Below, piece after piece: positions 47,732-58,976 of a DNA stretch of 64,000 nt (position 1 is the first letter of the stretch; each line of letters opens with the position of its first letter). This stretch comes from a bacterium (GTDB lineage: Bacteria > Zhuqueibacterota > Zhuqueibacteria > Oceanimicrobiales > Oceanimicrobiaceae), in contig JBHHXT010000003.1 of the NCBI GenBank assembly GCA_046757165.1, positions 36,144 through 100,143 on the forward strand, in the 5' to 3' direction. A program made the position numbers and the translations under genes. Below the pieces are notes generated by a model that worked only from the letters and a program-made list of their open reading frames with translations, did no database searches and was not told the DNA's origin.

Positions 47732-49978
47732 ATGTCCAAATCTTTAGTCATCGTTGAATCAAACGCCAAGATCAAAACCATCAGCAAGTTCTTGGGGAAG
47801 GACTATGAGGTCCTCTCGTCTGTCGGTCACGTCAAAGACTTGCCCAAGCAACGGCTAGGCGTCAAGATCGAGGCGGCGTTTGAGCCAGAGTATATCACCA
47901 TCAGAGGCAAAGGCAAGCTTCTGAACCAACTCAGGAAATCCGCCAACGCCGCAGATACCGTTTTCATTGCCACCGACCCGGACCGGGAGGGGGAAGCCAT
48001 TGCGCATCACCTCGCCGAAGAGATGAAGATTAACAATGGCAAAATCTACCGGGTGATGTTCAATGAAATCACCGAGAAGGCAGTCAAGAATGCCCTGAGC
48101 AATCCTACCAAGATCGATGAAAACAAGGTGGCCGCCCAGAAGGCTCGTCGTGTGGTCGACCGCCTGGTGGGCTATCAGGTCAGTCCTATTCTGTGGCGCA
48201 CCGTCTACCGCGGCCTGAGTGCCGGTCGTGTACAATCTGTCGCGCTGCGTTTGATTTGCGAGCGCGAAGATGAAATCGAGAAGTTTGTTCCTAAGGAATA
48301 CTGGTCCGTAAGCGCCAGATTACAGGGCAGGCAAACCGAGCCCTTTGTCTCCAAACTGCTCAAGATCGACAACAAAACACCGGAGTTGTCCAATGAGAAG
48401 ATGACTCGCGAAATCTGCGACGATATCAAACAGCAGATTTTCAAGGTCAAAGAGATCAAGAAGAAGAAGATCACCCGCAATCCTGCGCCACCGTTTACGA
48501 CCAGTACCATGCAGCAGGCTGCGGCCAACCGCCTTGGATATACTTCCAAGCGGATCATGATGATTGCTCAGAAGCTCTATGAGGGCATTGAGCTGGGGCC
48601 AGAAGGCAGCGTCGGCTTGATCACCTACATGCGCACCGACTCGACGAGGATTTCGGATGACGCCCTGGTTGCTGTACGGGAATACATCGCGGTGAGCTAC
48701 GGCAATGAGTACTTGCCCAAGACGGCGAGGAAATTCAAAGTCAAAGCCGGGGCACAAGATGCGCATGAGGCGATTCGCCCGACCTCGTTAAAGTATGAAC
48801 CCCGGAAGATCAGGAAATTCCTCACCGCCGAGCAGTATAAGCTCTATGAGCTCATCTGGACCCGCTTCGTCGCCTCTCAGATGGAAGCCGCCAGAATCGA
48901 GCAGACTTCCATCGACATTTCGGCCGGCGCACCATACCTGTTTCGCACCACCGGGAGCATCATTGTTTTCCGTGGTTTTCTGCAAGTGTACGAAGATGGC
49001 CGGGATGAGGACAAAGCGGAGGATGAAAACGTCCGTGTACCGGTGAAGATCAAAGTGGGGGAGACGCTCGAGCTTCTGGACCTTCATCCACAGCAACATT
49101 TCACCAAGCCGCCGCCGCGCTACTCTGAAAGCAGTCTGGTCAAGGAACTGGACGCGCTTGGGATTGGCAGACCAAGCACCTATGCCACCATCATCAGCAC
49201 TCTCTTGGGGCGCAAGTATGTCGAAAGAGAGCAGCGCCAATTCATCCCGACAGAATTGGGGAGAACGGTAAATACCATCCTGGTGCAGAATTTCACCGAT
49301 TTGTTCAACATAGACTTTACGGCGCACATGGAAGCGGATCTGGACAAGATTGAAGCCGGGAAAAAGATGTTCATCGATGTCGCGCGCGAGTTCTACCAGC
49401 CTTTCAGGCGAGCCCTGGATAGAGTCGACTCCAAGCAGAAGGAAATCAAGGATTCCTTGCTCGAGCCGACCAATGAAAAATGCACAGAGTGTGGGAACAC
49501 GCTGATTATCCGCTGGGGACGCAATGGCAAGTTCATGGCTTGCTCCAATTATCCGGATTGCAAATACACCAAGCCCCTGGAGGAGCCAGAAGTGGTCGAG
49601 GAGAAATGCGACCTCTGCGGCCTGCCTATGGTGGTCAAGCATGGGCGCTTTGGAAGGTTTCTTGCCTGTTCCGGCTACCCTGCTTGCAAGAGTACGAAGG
49701 CTATCTCGACCGGCGTCACCTGTCCCAATCAGGGGTGCGGCGGCGTTGTCGTGGAGAAACGAACGCGGCGCGGTAAAGTATTTTTTGGCTGCAGTAATTA
49801 TCCCAACTGTAAATTTGCAACCTGGAATCGACCTGTCAACGTCCCCTGTCCCACCTGCCAGAGTCCGTACCTGGAGCTGCGCTCGAATCAGAAACAGGGG
49901 GAGTTTTACTATTGCACATCCTGCAAATCGAAGATAGAAAAGGAACAGGAATCCTGCCGTGAAGTCACTTTCGGCTAA
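47732..49978 (+). CDS. topA: DNA topoisomerase I
   Basis: ATDPDREGE, SAGRVQS, LITYMRTDS, GIGRPSTY and C-terminal zinc ribbons. Confidence 0.99.
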   Translation: MSKSLVIVESNAKIKTISKFLGKDYEVLSSVGHVKDLPKQRLGVKIEAAFEPEYITIRGKGKLLNQLRKSANAADTVFIATDPDREGEAIAHHLAEEMKINNGKIYRVMFNEITEKAVKNALSNPTKIDENKVAAQKARRVVDRLVGYQVSPILWRTVYRGLSAGRVQSVALRLICEREDEIEKFVPKEYWSVSARLQGRQTEPFVSKLLKIDNKTPELSNEKMTREICDDIKQQIFKVKEIKKKKITRNPAPPFTTSTMQQAAANRLGYTSKRIMMIAQKLYEGIELGPEGSVGLITYMRTDSTRISDDALVAVREYIAVSYGNEYLPKTARKFKVKAGAQDAHEAIRPTSLKYEPRKIRKFLTAEQYKLYELIWTRFVASQMEAARIEQTSIDISAGAPYLFRTTGSIIVFRGFLQVYEDGRDEDKAEDENVRVPVKIKVGETLELLDLHPQQHFTKPPPRYSESSLVKELDALGIGRPSTYATIISTLLGRKYVEREQRQFIPTELGRTVNTILVQNFTDLFNIDFTAHMEADLDKIEAGKKMFIDVAREFYQPFRRALDRVDSKQKEIKDSLLEPTNEKCTECGNTLIIRWGRNGKFMACSNYPDCKYTKPLEEPEVVEEKCDLCGLPMVVKHGRFGRFLACSGYPACKSTKAISTGVTCPNQGCGGVVVEKRTRRGKVFFGCSNYPNCKFATWNRPVNVPCPTCQSPYLELRSNQKQGEFYYCTSCKSKIEKEQESCREVTFG

Positions 49979-50873
49979 GGAGTTGAGCGTCCACATCGAC
50001 AGGTTCTTGCAGAATCTGAACGTTGTACGCCGGGCCTCGAAATTCACTATCACATCCTATCGAACCGACCTGAACCAATTTTTTGAGTTTCTCAACAACG
50101 GGGAGTATCCCGAAATCGACCGCCGGGTACTGCGTGCGTATCTGGCGTCACTGGCAGAGGCCGGCCTCAAACCGGCGACGGTGAACCGCAAACTCGCTTG
50201 CCTGCGCTCCTTTTTCAAGTATCTGTGCGCAGAGGGCGTCATGGCCGCAAATCCTGCTGAACTTCTGTTTTTCTTGAAACAGCAGAAACAGCTTCCGAAG
50301 GTCTTGCGATATGAGACCATCTTACAGGCGCTAAACTCCATCGATGAGACGACTTTTGAGGGTCGACGAGACAGGATGATTCTGGACATGTTCTATACCA
50401 CCGGCATGCGGCTGCGCGAGTTGGTGAATCTAAATTTCGCCGATATTGATCTCTATGAGGGAGTTGTGCGTGTAATGGGTAAAGGGTTCAAGGAACGTGT
50501 CATTCCGCTCGGGAAAACTCTATCTCACCATCTACGTTCTTACATGAAAGCAAGGCGTGACTTTTTGCTGGGTTGTGTAGATACAGACGAGGCGCTATTT
50601 GTTAACCAGAAACGGAAGCGCATGACGCCGCGCCAGGTCCAGACCCGGGTGCAGAAATATCTGCGTATGGCCTCCGGGTCGTCCGAAAGTTATCCACATG
50701 TGCTCAGACATTCATTTGCGACTCATCTCCTGGACGAGGGCGCCGATTTGATGGCAGTGAAAGAGCTACTTGGCCATTCCAGCCTTTCGACGACTCAGGT
50801 CTATACACACGTGACCGCTGAACGTTTGAAGAAGATCTACCACCAGGCTCATCCACGAGCCGAGAAGAGTTAA
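49959..50873 (+). CDS. xerC: Tyrosine recombinase XerC
   Basis: TGMRLRE, GKGFKER, HVLRHSFATH and LLGHSSLSTTQVYTH; housekeeping context. Confidence 0.88.
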   Translation: MKSLSAKELSVHIDRFLQNLNVVRRASKFTITSYRTDLNQFFEFLNNGEYPEIDRRVLRAYLASLAEAGLKPATVNRKLACLRSFFKYLCAEGVMAANPAELLFFLKQQKQLPKVLRYETILQALNSIDETTFEGRRDRMILDMFYTTGMRLRELVNLNFADIDLYEGVVRVMGKGFKERVIPLGKTLSHHLRSYMKARRDFLLGCVDTDEALFVNQKRKRMTPRQVQTRVQKYLRMASGSSESYPHVLRHSFATHLLDEGADLMAVKELLGHSSLSTTQVYTHVTAERLKKIYHQAHPRAEKS

Positions 50874-50914
50874 CTTTGGTACAGGTGACCGTACAAAAAC
50901 CAAAGGAGGTACCC

Positions 50915-51241
50915 ATGCGAATAACATTCACCGCACGGCATTTCAAAGCTCCCGACAATGTGAAAGAATTTGCAGAACGCAAGGTTCGAAAAATCAAGAA
51001 ATACTATGATGGGATCATTGATTGCGACATCCTCCTGAAGCATGAGAAGCTCACCCACGTGGCCGATATCTCGGTAAAGGTGTATGGCCAGTTTTTGAGA
51101 GTTGTCGAGGAATCGGATGATATTTTCAAAAGCATCGATACGGCGGTGGATAAATTGGAGCGCCAGGTCAAGAGATATAAAGAAAAGCTTCGTGAGCATA
51201 GCCATGAAAAAACAAAGCCGTCTGCTCTATTTGATGTGTAA
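50915..51241 (+). CDS. hpf: Ribosome hibernation promoting factor
   Basis: MRITFTARH…SIDTAVDKLERQVKRYKEK; AGGAGG RBS. Confidence 0.93.
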   Translation: MRITFTARHFKAPDNVKEFAERKVRKIKKYYDGIIDCDILLKHEKLTHVADISVKVYGQFLRVVEESDDIFKSIDTAVDKLERQVKRYKEKLREHSHEKTKPSALFDV

Positions 51242-51274
51242 CATTCTGTAAAGCGCGGTACCAGCACTCGTCCC

Positions 51275-52255
51275 ATGAGAAGTCTCTCTGTTGGAAAACT
51301 TTACAAAGAGAACAAGGTGAAGCTGCGCCTGAAGCTGCTCAACAACCAGGCGAGTTTCGAGCGGATCATTGAAGAGCCAGACTTGCACCGGCCCGGTCTG
51401 GCTTTGAGCGGTTTCGTCGATGTGTTCACTTACAAACGGGTGCAGATCATCGGGAACACCGAAAACGGGTATTTGAAGAAGATGAGCGCTGCTGAACGCC
51501 GCCGGGCGCTCAAGACACTTTTCTCTTTCGAGGTTCCGTGTGTCATTGTGACCGAAGACAACGTCCCTCCGCCAGAGTTTCTCACCATTGCGACTTCAAA
51601 CGATGTCAGCGTCTTGCGAACGCCGTTCAAGACGACACGGTTGATGCACCTGCTCAGCGATTATATGGATGACGAATTCGCGCCAAGCATCACCGTACAT
51701 GGCTCGCTGGTAGATGTGTATGGCATTGGCGTAATGTTTACCGGTCGCAGCGGGATCGGGAAAAGCGAAATCGCCCTGGATTTGATCGAGCGCGGACACA
51801 GGTTGGTCAGTGATGACATCGTTCGGATTTCCAGGAAAGCGGAAGGGATTCTCATCGGTTCGGCGAGCGAGATGTTGCAGCATCACATGGAGATTCGCGG
51901 CATCGGCATCGTAGATGTCAGGAGCATTTTTGGCATCCGCGCCGTTCGGCTGCAAAAGCGCGTCGAGGTGGAGGTGCAATTGGAGGAATGGGACGATAGT
52001 GAAAACTATGAACGGATCGGGTTGGAGGAAACGACCACAAAGATTCTCGGTGTGGAGATTCCGGTCGTCAAGCTGCCCATTTTCCCGGGCAAGAATATCA
52101 CGGTCATTGCCGAGGTCGTCGCCTTGCAGCAACTCTTGAAGATCGACGGCATCCACCCGGCCAAAATTTTCAACGAACGCTTGATCAAGACCATGCAGGA
52201 CAAAACCGACGCAGCAAAATATTTGCAGGATTATCTGGACAAGGATTTTGAATAA
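51275..52255 (+). CDS. hprK: HPr kinase/phosphorylase
   Basis: HRPGLAL, GRSGIGKSE, HRLVSDD and MEIRGIG. Confidence 0.97.
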   Translation: MRSLSVGKLYKENKVKLRLKLLNNQASFERIIEEPDLHRPGLALSGFVDVFTYKRVQIIGNTENGYLKKMSAAERRRALKTLFSFEVPCVIVTEDNVPPPEFLTIATSNDVSVLRTPFKTTRLMHLLSDYMDDEFAPSITVHGSLVDVYGIGVMFTGRSGIGKSEIALDLIERGHRLVSDDIVRISRKAEGILIGSASEMLQHHMEIRGIGIVDVRSIFGIRAVRLQKRVEVEVQLEEWDDSENYERIGLEETTTKILGVEIPVVKLPIFPGKNITVIAEVVALQQLLKIDGIHPAKIFNERLIKTMQDKTDAAKYLQDYLDKDFE

Positions 52256-52267
52256 TAAAGCTCGCCG

Positions 52268-52672
52268 ATGGTAGGTTGCCTGGTCATCAGTCATGGCAAG
52301 ATCGCAGACGCGGTCGTCGAGGCAAGTAGGAGAATCGCCGGTGAATGTGAGCAGTTGTTCACGATGGATTGCGAGGATCTGGCCCCGAAAGAAATATATG
52401 AGCAAATTGCCCATCTTATCGAGTCAAAGAACTTGAAGGATGGGCTTTTTGTTTTGGTTGCCTTAAAAGGGGGTAGTTTTTGGCATGCTGCGGCCAGGAT
52501 CGCCCACGAATGTGACCGCGTCGAAGTCATCTCAGGGTTCAACCTGTCGACCGTGCTTTCTTTTATCACCAAGAGGAACCAGTACACCTTCGAGCAGCTC
52601 GCCGAGGTCCTGGTGACCGATGCAGTCCGCGGTATCAGCAGGTTCAAGAAGTCTAAACCAGGCGCCACATAG
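52268..52672 (+). CDS. PTS mannose-family EIIA
   Basis: VISHG with the phosphoacceptor His, GGS and ISGFNL. Confidence 0.82.
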   Translation: MVGCLVISHGKIADAVVEASRRIAGECEQLFTMDCEDLAPKEIYEQIAHLIESKNLKDGLFVLVALKGGSFWHAAARIAHECDRVEVISGFNLSTVLSFITKRNQYTFEQLAEVLVTDAVRGISRFKKSKPGAT

Positions 52673-53152
52673 ATGTCCCTTGCAATGGTCAGAATTGACG
52701 ACCGTCTGCTCCATGGCCAGGTTGTCGTAGGTTGGTGTCCCTTTCTCAAACCGGACCGCGTCATTGTTTGTGATAATGATGCGGCTGCAAACGAGTGGGA
52801 GTGTGAACTCTATCAAGACGCGGCCGGCGAGTACGCCACCTCTATTTATGGCATCGAAAAAGCGGCAGATGTTTTGAAGGAAACCGAGACAAAAGATGAA
52901 AAGATCTTCCTTGTGGTCGCCTCGCCTCAGGTGATTGTAAGGCTCATGAATTCAGGGGTCAAGATCCGTAAAGTCATAGTGGGTGGCATGCACTACCAGG
53001 CTGGCAAACGCAAAATCTCGAATTTCATCTATGTTGATGACGAAGACCTGCGAGATTTTCGTTTTCTTGTCGATCACAATGTGGTCCTGGAGGGGAAGGA
53101 TTTACCACATGGCAAGACTATTGACCTCGGTAAACGGTTGCACCTCAACTAA
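52673..53152 (+). CDS. PTS mannose/sorbose-family EIIB
   Basis: RIDDRLLHGQV and VGGMH. Confidence 0.92.
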   Translation: MSLAMVRIDDRLLHGQVVVGWCPFLKPDRVIVCDNDAAANEWECELYQDAAGEYATSIYGIEKAADVLKETETKDEKIFLVVASPQVIVRLMNSGVKIRKVIVGGMHYQAGKRKISNFIYVDDEDLRDFRFLVDHNVVLEGKDLPHGKTIDLGKRLHLN

Positions 53153-53679
53153 TCGTGTTGTGGCCAGCCCACCTGGGTCAGAGAGCAGGTTTGTCCTTGC
53201 GATTGTCCGCGTTTGGCAACCATCAGACCCCGGCAGCACAGCCTCATCAAAAGTATTCTCTCCCGTTAAGGATTTTCAACAGCGCCAGCCATTGCGTAAA
53301 AGTTACATAATATATTGATAAGATGTAACTTAACGTATCCCGTTTGTATCTCAACATTAACGACTGATAAGAGAAGGACTTGTGTATGAAATAAATATCA
53401 CAAGTCTTGTTTTTGTCCGGCGAATTGGTATTTTTAGACACTTCAAAAAGGGACTGAAAGGAGATTGAGCAACATTCGGAGCCGACAGCAGCATGACGAG
53501 AGTGCTTTTCAATCCTTTTTGGAAACGCAGGCTCGAGACTCTCCCAAAACCAATTTGTGTTCGTCGAATTTAAGCTGTTGTCACAAACATTAATTTGTTT
53601 GCTTCTCATTTTAGTTTCGCTTTTGCTGTTTCGATAGTTGGGTTGATCATTTGCCTTCTGGCGCCCCGAATGTTTTCTC

Positions 53680-54069
53680 ATGACAGATCATAAACTGAAT
53701 TATCAGAACTCAGAAACCACCAGTGAACTTATGGTAAGCAATTCCAATCCAAGGCAGGAAAAAGTGTCCAGTTTTCCAAGAGACGCTCTGGAGCAGGCTG
53801 AGATCGTCAGATTGGGGTGGGACAAAGTTGGCAACAAACTTTCCGTACCTAATTTGAGCATGGAGAGATTCCTCGAAAAGCTCTCTGAGGCGAAGCAGCA
53901 TGTGCGAAATGCCGAGCAGTTGAAGGCGGAGCGCGCGCACGCCATCCATGAGCGCAACCTGTGTTTGAGCGAACTGTGGGACCTCACCAAGCGAATCAGA
54001 CATGCCGCGAAGGCCACATTTGGTGATTATTCCAACGAGTTTGAATCGTTGGTCCATTTGAAAAGGTAA
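53680..54069 (+). CDS. Hypothetical helical protein
   Basis: 129-aa ORF co-oriented with the polysaccharide locus; amphipathic helices. Confidence 0.55.
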   Translation: MTDHKLNYQNSETTSELMVSNSNPRQEKVSSFPRDALEQAEIVRLGWDKVGNKLSVPNLSMERFLEKLSEAKQHVRNAEQLKAERAHAIHERNLCLSELWDLTKRIRHAAKATFGDYSNEFESLVHLKR

Positions 54070-54205
54070 GGTGGGCTGGCGTGGCCCGTCTTACATGCTT
54101 GAACCCCGACTCTTCCTGAGAGGTTCAAAACAGACTCAAAAGCGACCGCAATCACCGATGGGAGTGACGTGGCGGAGCTGTGTAAAGAGGATGAAAGGTA
54201 ACTTG

Positions 54206-54763
54206 ATGGATATCCGAATGAACAAAGCTCAGAATTTCGATGGTGACCGACACTGGTATGCTATCTACACCAGGCCGAGATTCGAGAAGAAGATTGACGC
54301 TGAGTTGAAACGCAAGAATTTGCACTCGTTCTTACCGTTGCATTGCGTCACCCGCGTTTGGAGTGACCGAATCAAGAAAATACAGGAGCCGTTGTTCCCG
54401 TCTTACTTGTTCGTCCATGCCAATTCGCGCGAACGCTATTCTGCCCTGCAAAGCACAGGTGTGGTGCGCGTGGTCAGCTTCAATGGCCAACCGGTACGAA
54501 TCCCAGATGATCAAATCGAGGGCATCTACAAGATTATCAAGTTTGGCTACAACCCCGAGCCGTATCAATACTTGAATTATGGCGATGAAGTGGAAATTGT
54601 GTCCGGACCGTTGCGCGGCCTCAGGGGCTATTATATCGAAGAAAGAGGACACGACACATTGGCGGTGTCGGTACATGCAATTCAGCAATCTTTGACGATT
54701 CAGCTTGGTCGAGGTCTTATCAGAAAAGTCGCTCGAGGAACAAGAGAAAGTCCGCTCGTGTGA
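54206..54763 (+). CDS. UpxY/RfaH-type NusG-paralogue antiterminator
   Basis: WYAIYTRPRFEKK, WSDRIK, PLFPSYLFV and KOW motif GDEVEIVSGPLRG; start could be 54191, 54206 or 54218. Confidence 0.92.
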   Translation: MDIRMNKAQNFDGDRHWYAIYTRPRFEKKIDAELKRKNLHSFLPLHCVTRVWSDRIKKIQEPLFPSYLFVHANSRERYSALQSTGVVRVVSFNGQPVRIPDDQIEGIYKIIKFGYNPEPYQYLNYGDEVEIVSGPLRGLRGYYIEERGHDTLAVSVHAIQQSLTIQLGRGLIRKVARGTRESPLV

Positions 54764-54906
54764 CAACTCAGCACCGGTGACGCCCGGTCTACATCATCGT
54801 TGATGTAGCAGTCTTCATGCATCAAACGGTGTCCCCGGTTTCACTCCTCTTGAGATGCAAGAAAGTCACAGGGTATACGCGAACCGAACAAACCAAACCT
54901 AAAGGG

Positions 54907-55488
54907 ATGATGATGAACAAGCACAGAGCATTTTGTTGTTTTGTTTTGTTGCAGCTTCTGCTGATAACCGCTGTCAATGGCCAGGAGACCGACTCAGGCG
55001 CGCTGTTGAACCGCGCGGCACAATACCACCTTGGCGACAAGGATCAGATCCTGATGAACGTGAACGTCTGGGGGTATGTGAGCCAACCTGGCCAGTATGT
55101 GGTTCCGCGCCATACAGACTTGATCACGTTGATCTCCTTCGCAGGGGGACCGGTTTCTGGGGCAGATCTAGACCACGTCAACATCATCCGTGGTGGGGAC
55201 CTGGTCAAAGGGGCGGAAGGAAAAAATGGCCATAACGGCAAGAATGGCCACAACGGCCATAATGGCAAGAACTCGTTACACAAAAACAAAGTGCCTATTC
55301 TGACCGTCAACGTCAAGCACCATATGAAAACTGGCGAAATCGGTAAGATCCCCATCTTGTATGCCGGCGATACGGTGATTATCTCTGAGAGTTCTGGCAG
55401 CAAGTTCAGTAAGTTTTGGGGACTCAATTCGATCGTGAGTATTATCACTGCAATGGCCTCGGTTACAATCATCCTCGAGAGGATTTGA
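54907..55488 (+). CDS. SLBB-domain polysaccharide export protein (Wza-related)
   Basis: Signal peptide; VNVWGYVSQPGQY…LISFAGG…LYAGDTV; C-terminal hydrophobic helix. Confidence 0.82.
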   Translation: MMMNKHRAFCCFVLLQLLLITAVNGQETDSGALLNRAAQYHLGDKDQILMNVNVWGYVSQPGQYVVPRHTDLITLISFAGGPVSGADLDHVNIIRGGDLVKGAEGKNGHNGKNGHNGHNGKNSLHKNKVPILTVNVKHHMKTGEIGKIPILYAGDTVIISESSGSKFSKFWGLNSIVSIITAMASVTIILERI

Positions 55489-55530
55489 GGTGAAAGACGA
55501 AAATAAGTCATTAATTTTGTGGGACTTGTA

Positions 55531-57843
55531 ATGGACACCAACACCAATCACATACGAGCAAACGGACCGGGAACTTCAAACCCGATGACAAAAGCCGCCA
55601 CAATTCACGATTACCTCGCGATGCTTTATCGAGGGCGATGGATCATTTTGAGCACGTTTGTGGGGTTGATGACTGTTATTGTTTATTATACATTTACGAG
55701 AACCCCAATTTACCAGGCCTCCACCACGATCATGATCGATGAGAAGAGCGGCATGGGCCAGGCGCTCTTTGAGTTAGGCGGCTATTCTTCACGGCAAACA
55801 CTTATCAATAACCAGGTTGAGATTCTCAAAAGCCGGTCGTTAGCGCAGGCCGTGATCGAGCGGCTGCTGCAGTCTCCTCACCGCGATTCCTTGCAAATTC
55901 TCGATAATTTGGGCGCGGAAAGGACGATGCAGGATGTGGTTGACGCGTTCCAGGGCAGCATCATTGTCACCCCCATTCGGAACACTGATCTCATCGCCAT
56001 CAAAGCGATGGCGCCCTCGCCATTTGAGGCCTCCTATTTGGCGCGCAGTATCGCCAGGGCATACCAGGAAAAGGACCAGGCGTTCAGCCAGGGAGAAATC
56101 TCGCAAGTCGTAGATTTTCTGGTCGAACAGCTCGACCGTAAAGAGAAAGAGCTCAAGGCCAGTGAAGAGGCGCTAAAGACGTTTCTGGAGCGGGAAAAGA
56201 TTGCCTCGCTGAGTGAGGAAGCCTCGCAGATCGTAGAGCAAGGGGCTGAGTTCGAGAGTCTTTACAGAGGTGCGCTGATAGATGAGGAGGTGAGCCATAA
56301 GCGGTTGGAGTTCCTGAAATCCCAGTTGGGCAAAAGCAAGGAAACACTGGAAGAGGAAATCGCCCGAGTTTCGAGTCCGCTCGTTCTAAAGCTGCGAAAG
56401 GAGATTGCTGAAATGGAGCGCACCGTTGCGGTCTATCTCTCGCAGGGTGTTGGCGAAAGCGACCCCCAGGTCAGACGCGAGAGAAGAAAACTAAAGGCGA
56501 TCAAGGACCGTTTGACCCAGGAGACCCGAAAACTCATCGTCGATGGGTTGTCCTCAGATGATCCGCTTGCCGATGCCCAGGATTTGTTGCTGCAGATCAT
56601 CGAGACGGAGATAGAGCTGGAGTCGGTCAAAGCCCGCGCGGACGGGTTGAAGCGCGTTGTCAGGAGCTATGGTGAGAAACTGGAGTCTTTGCCGGACAAG
56701 CATGTGCAGTTGGCCCGTCTGGAGCGGAGCCGCAAGGTCGATGAGAACCTCTACATGATGATGCGCGAGAAATTCGAGGAGTCGCGCATCACGCAGGCCG
56801 GACAAATCGGCAAAGTCCGAATTCTCGATGATCCGGTCATGCCGACCGCACCGATCTCACCGAAAAAAAGGTTGAACATGATTCTGGGCATTTTTGTCAG
56901 TCTGGGTCTGGGCGTTGGCCTTACCTTCTTGCGTGAATATCTGGACATTACCGTGCGCCGCATCGAGGATATCGAAGCGCTGGGCATGCCGGTTTTGGCA
57001 GCGATTCCCGAGATCAATACCCCTGCTAGAGACAACTATTCTCTACCTCCCAATGGCAGGACAAACGGCAAGGCTGCCGACGCCAGGATACGACTTGTCA
57101 CTCACTTCAAGCCGAAGTCGCCGGTGAGCGAGGCGTACCGGACGCTGCGAACGAACCTGCAGTTTTCGGATGCCAAACGGCAGCTACGGAGTATTCTGGT
57201 AACGTCGCCCGGTCCGGGGGAAGGCAAGTCCACAACCGCTGCGAATCTTGCCATTGCCATTAGTTTGCAGGGGACGCGCACGATCATTGTGGACGCCGAC
57301 CTGCGTCGACCTGTCACTCACCGTATTTTTGGCCTCGAGAAAAGTCGCGGACTGACCAATGTTTTGGTGGGCAATCTCTCACTTGAAGAGGCGGTGCAGC
57401 CTTCGCAGATACAAAACCTGGATATTCTGACTTCGGGAATCTTGCCGCCAAACCCTGCCGAGCTCATGGGTTCGGAACGAATGGCGGATTTGATCAGAAA
57501 TGTCAAGAGCAAATATGAAATCGTGCTCTTCGATAGCCCACCGCTCATTGCGGTGACAGATGCTGCGGTCCTGTCAAAGCAGGTCGACGGAGTCCTGTTG
57601 GTGGTCAATTCAGGCCAAACACACCGCGACGCCCTCATCCGGGGCGTGGAATTGCTTCAAAATGTCAACGCGCGCATCCTGGGCGTGTTATTGAACGGCG
57701 TGAGCCGCGAGAATACGTATGGCTCTTACTATTACTATTACTACTATCATTATTATTATTACTACGGTGAGGGGGGAGACAAGAAAAAAAGAAGGCCAAC
57801 CGGAAATCACGCCATAGTACATCAAATGAAAACATCTTCTTGA
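55531..57843 (+). CDS. wzc: Polysaccharide co-polymerase/tyrosine autokinase
   Basis: Two TM segments flanking a coiled coil; EAYRTLRTN, GPGEGKS, DADLRRP, FDSPP and a C-terminal Tyr cluster. Confidence 0.95.
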   Translation: MDTNTNHIRANGPGTSNPMTKAATIHDYLAMLYRGRWIILSTFVGLMTVIVYYTFTRTPIYQASTTIMIDEKSGMGQALFELGGYSSRQTLINNQVEILKSRSLAQAVIERLLQSPHRDSLQILDNLGAERTMQDVVDAFQGSIIVTPIRNTDLIAIKAMAPSPFEASYLARSIARAYQEKDQAFSQGEISQVVDFLVEQLDRKEKELKASEEALKTFLEREKIASLSEEASQIVEQGAEFESLYRGALIDEEVSHKRLEFLKSQLGKSKETLEEEIARVSSPLVLKLRKEIAEMERTVAVYLSQGVGESDPQVRRERRKLKAIKDRLTQETRKLIVDGLSSDDPLADAQDLLLQIIETEIELESVKARADGLKRVVRSYGEKLESLPDKHVQLARLERSRKVDENLYMMMREKFEESRITQAGQIGKVRILDDPVMPTAPISPKKRLNMILGIFVSLGLGVGLTFLREYLDITVRRIEDIEALGMPVLAAIPEINTPARDNYSLPPNGRTNGKAADARIRLVTHFKPKSPVSEAYRTLRTNLQFSDAKRQLRSILVTSPGPGEGKSTTAANLAIAISLQGTRTIIVDADLRRPVTHRIFGLEKSRGLTNVLVGNLSLEEAVQPSQIQNLDILTSGILPPNPAELMGSERMADLIRNVKSKYEIVLFDSPPLIAVTDAAVLSKQVDGVLLVVNSGQTHRDALIRGVELLQNVNARILGVLLNGVSRENTYGSYYYYYYYHYYYYYGEGGDKKKRRPTGNHAIVHQMKTSS

Positions 57844-57899
57844 GTTGAGATTTCCTCGCCAACTTGCTTTAACTTGATACCAAGGGAGGTTAATCACAC

Positions 57900-58976
<1,077 letters not shown>

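Noticed and set aside
47732..47780. TopA N-terminal motif VESNAK instead of the usual VESPAK
   Set aside because: A single substitution with the catalytic Glu retained is not enough to infer altered function
49959..50873. Tyrosine recombinase as a prophage or island integrase
   Set aside because: XerC-like length and motifs in a housekeeping topA-xerC-hpf-hprK context, with no att sites or phage genes
53153..53680. Possible ncRNA or riboswitch in the long AT-rich intergenic region
   Set aside because: I could not recognise any known aptamer or tRNA structure by eye; an Rfam/Infernal scan would be needed
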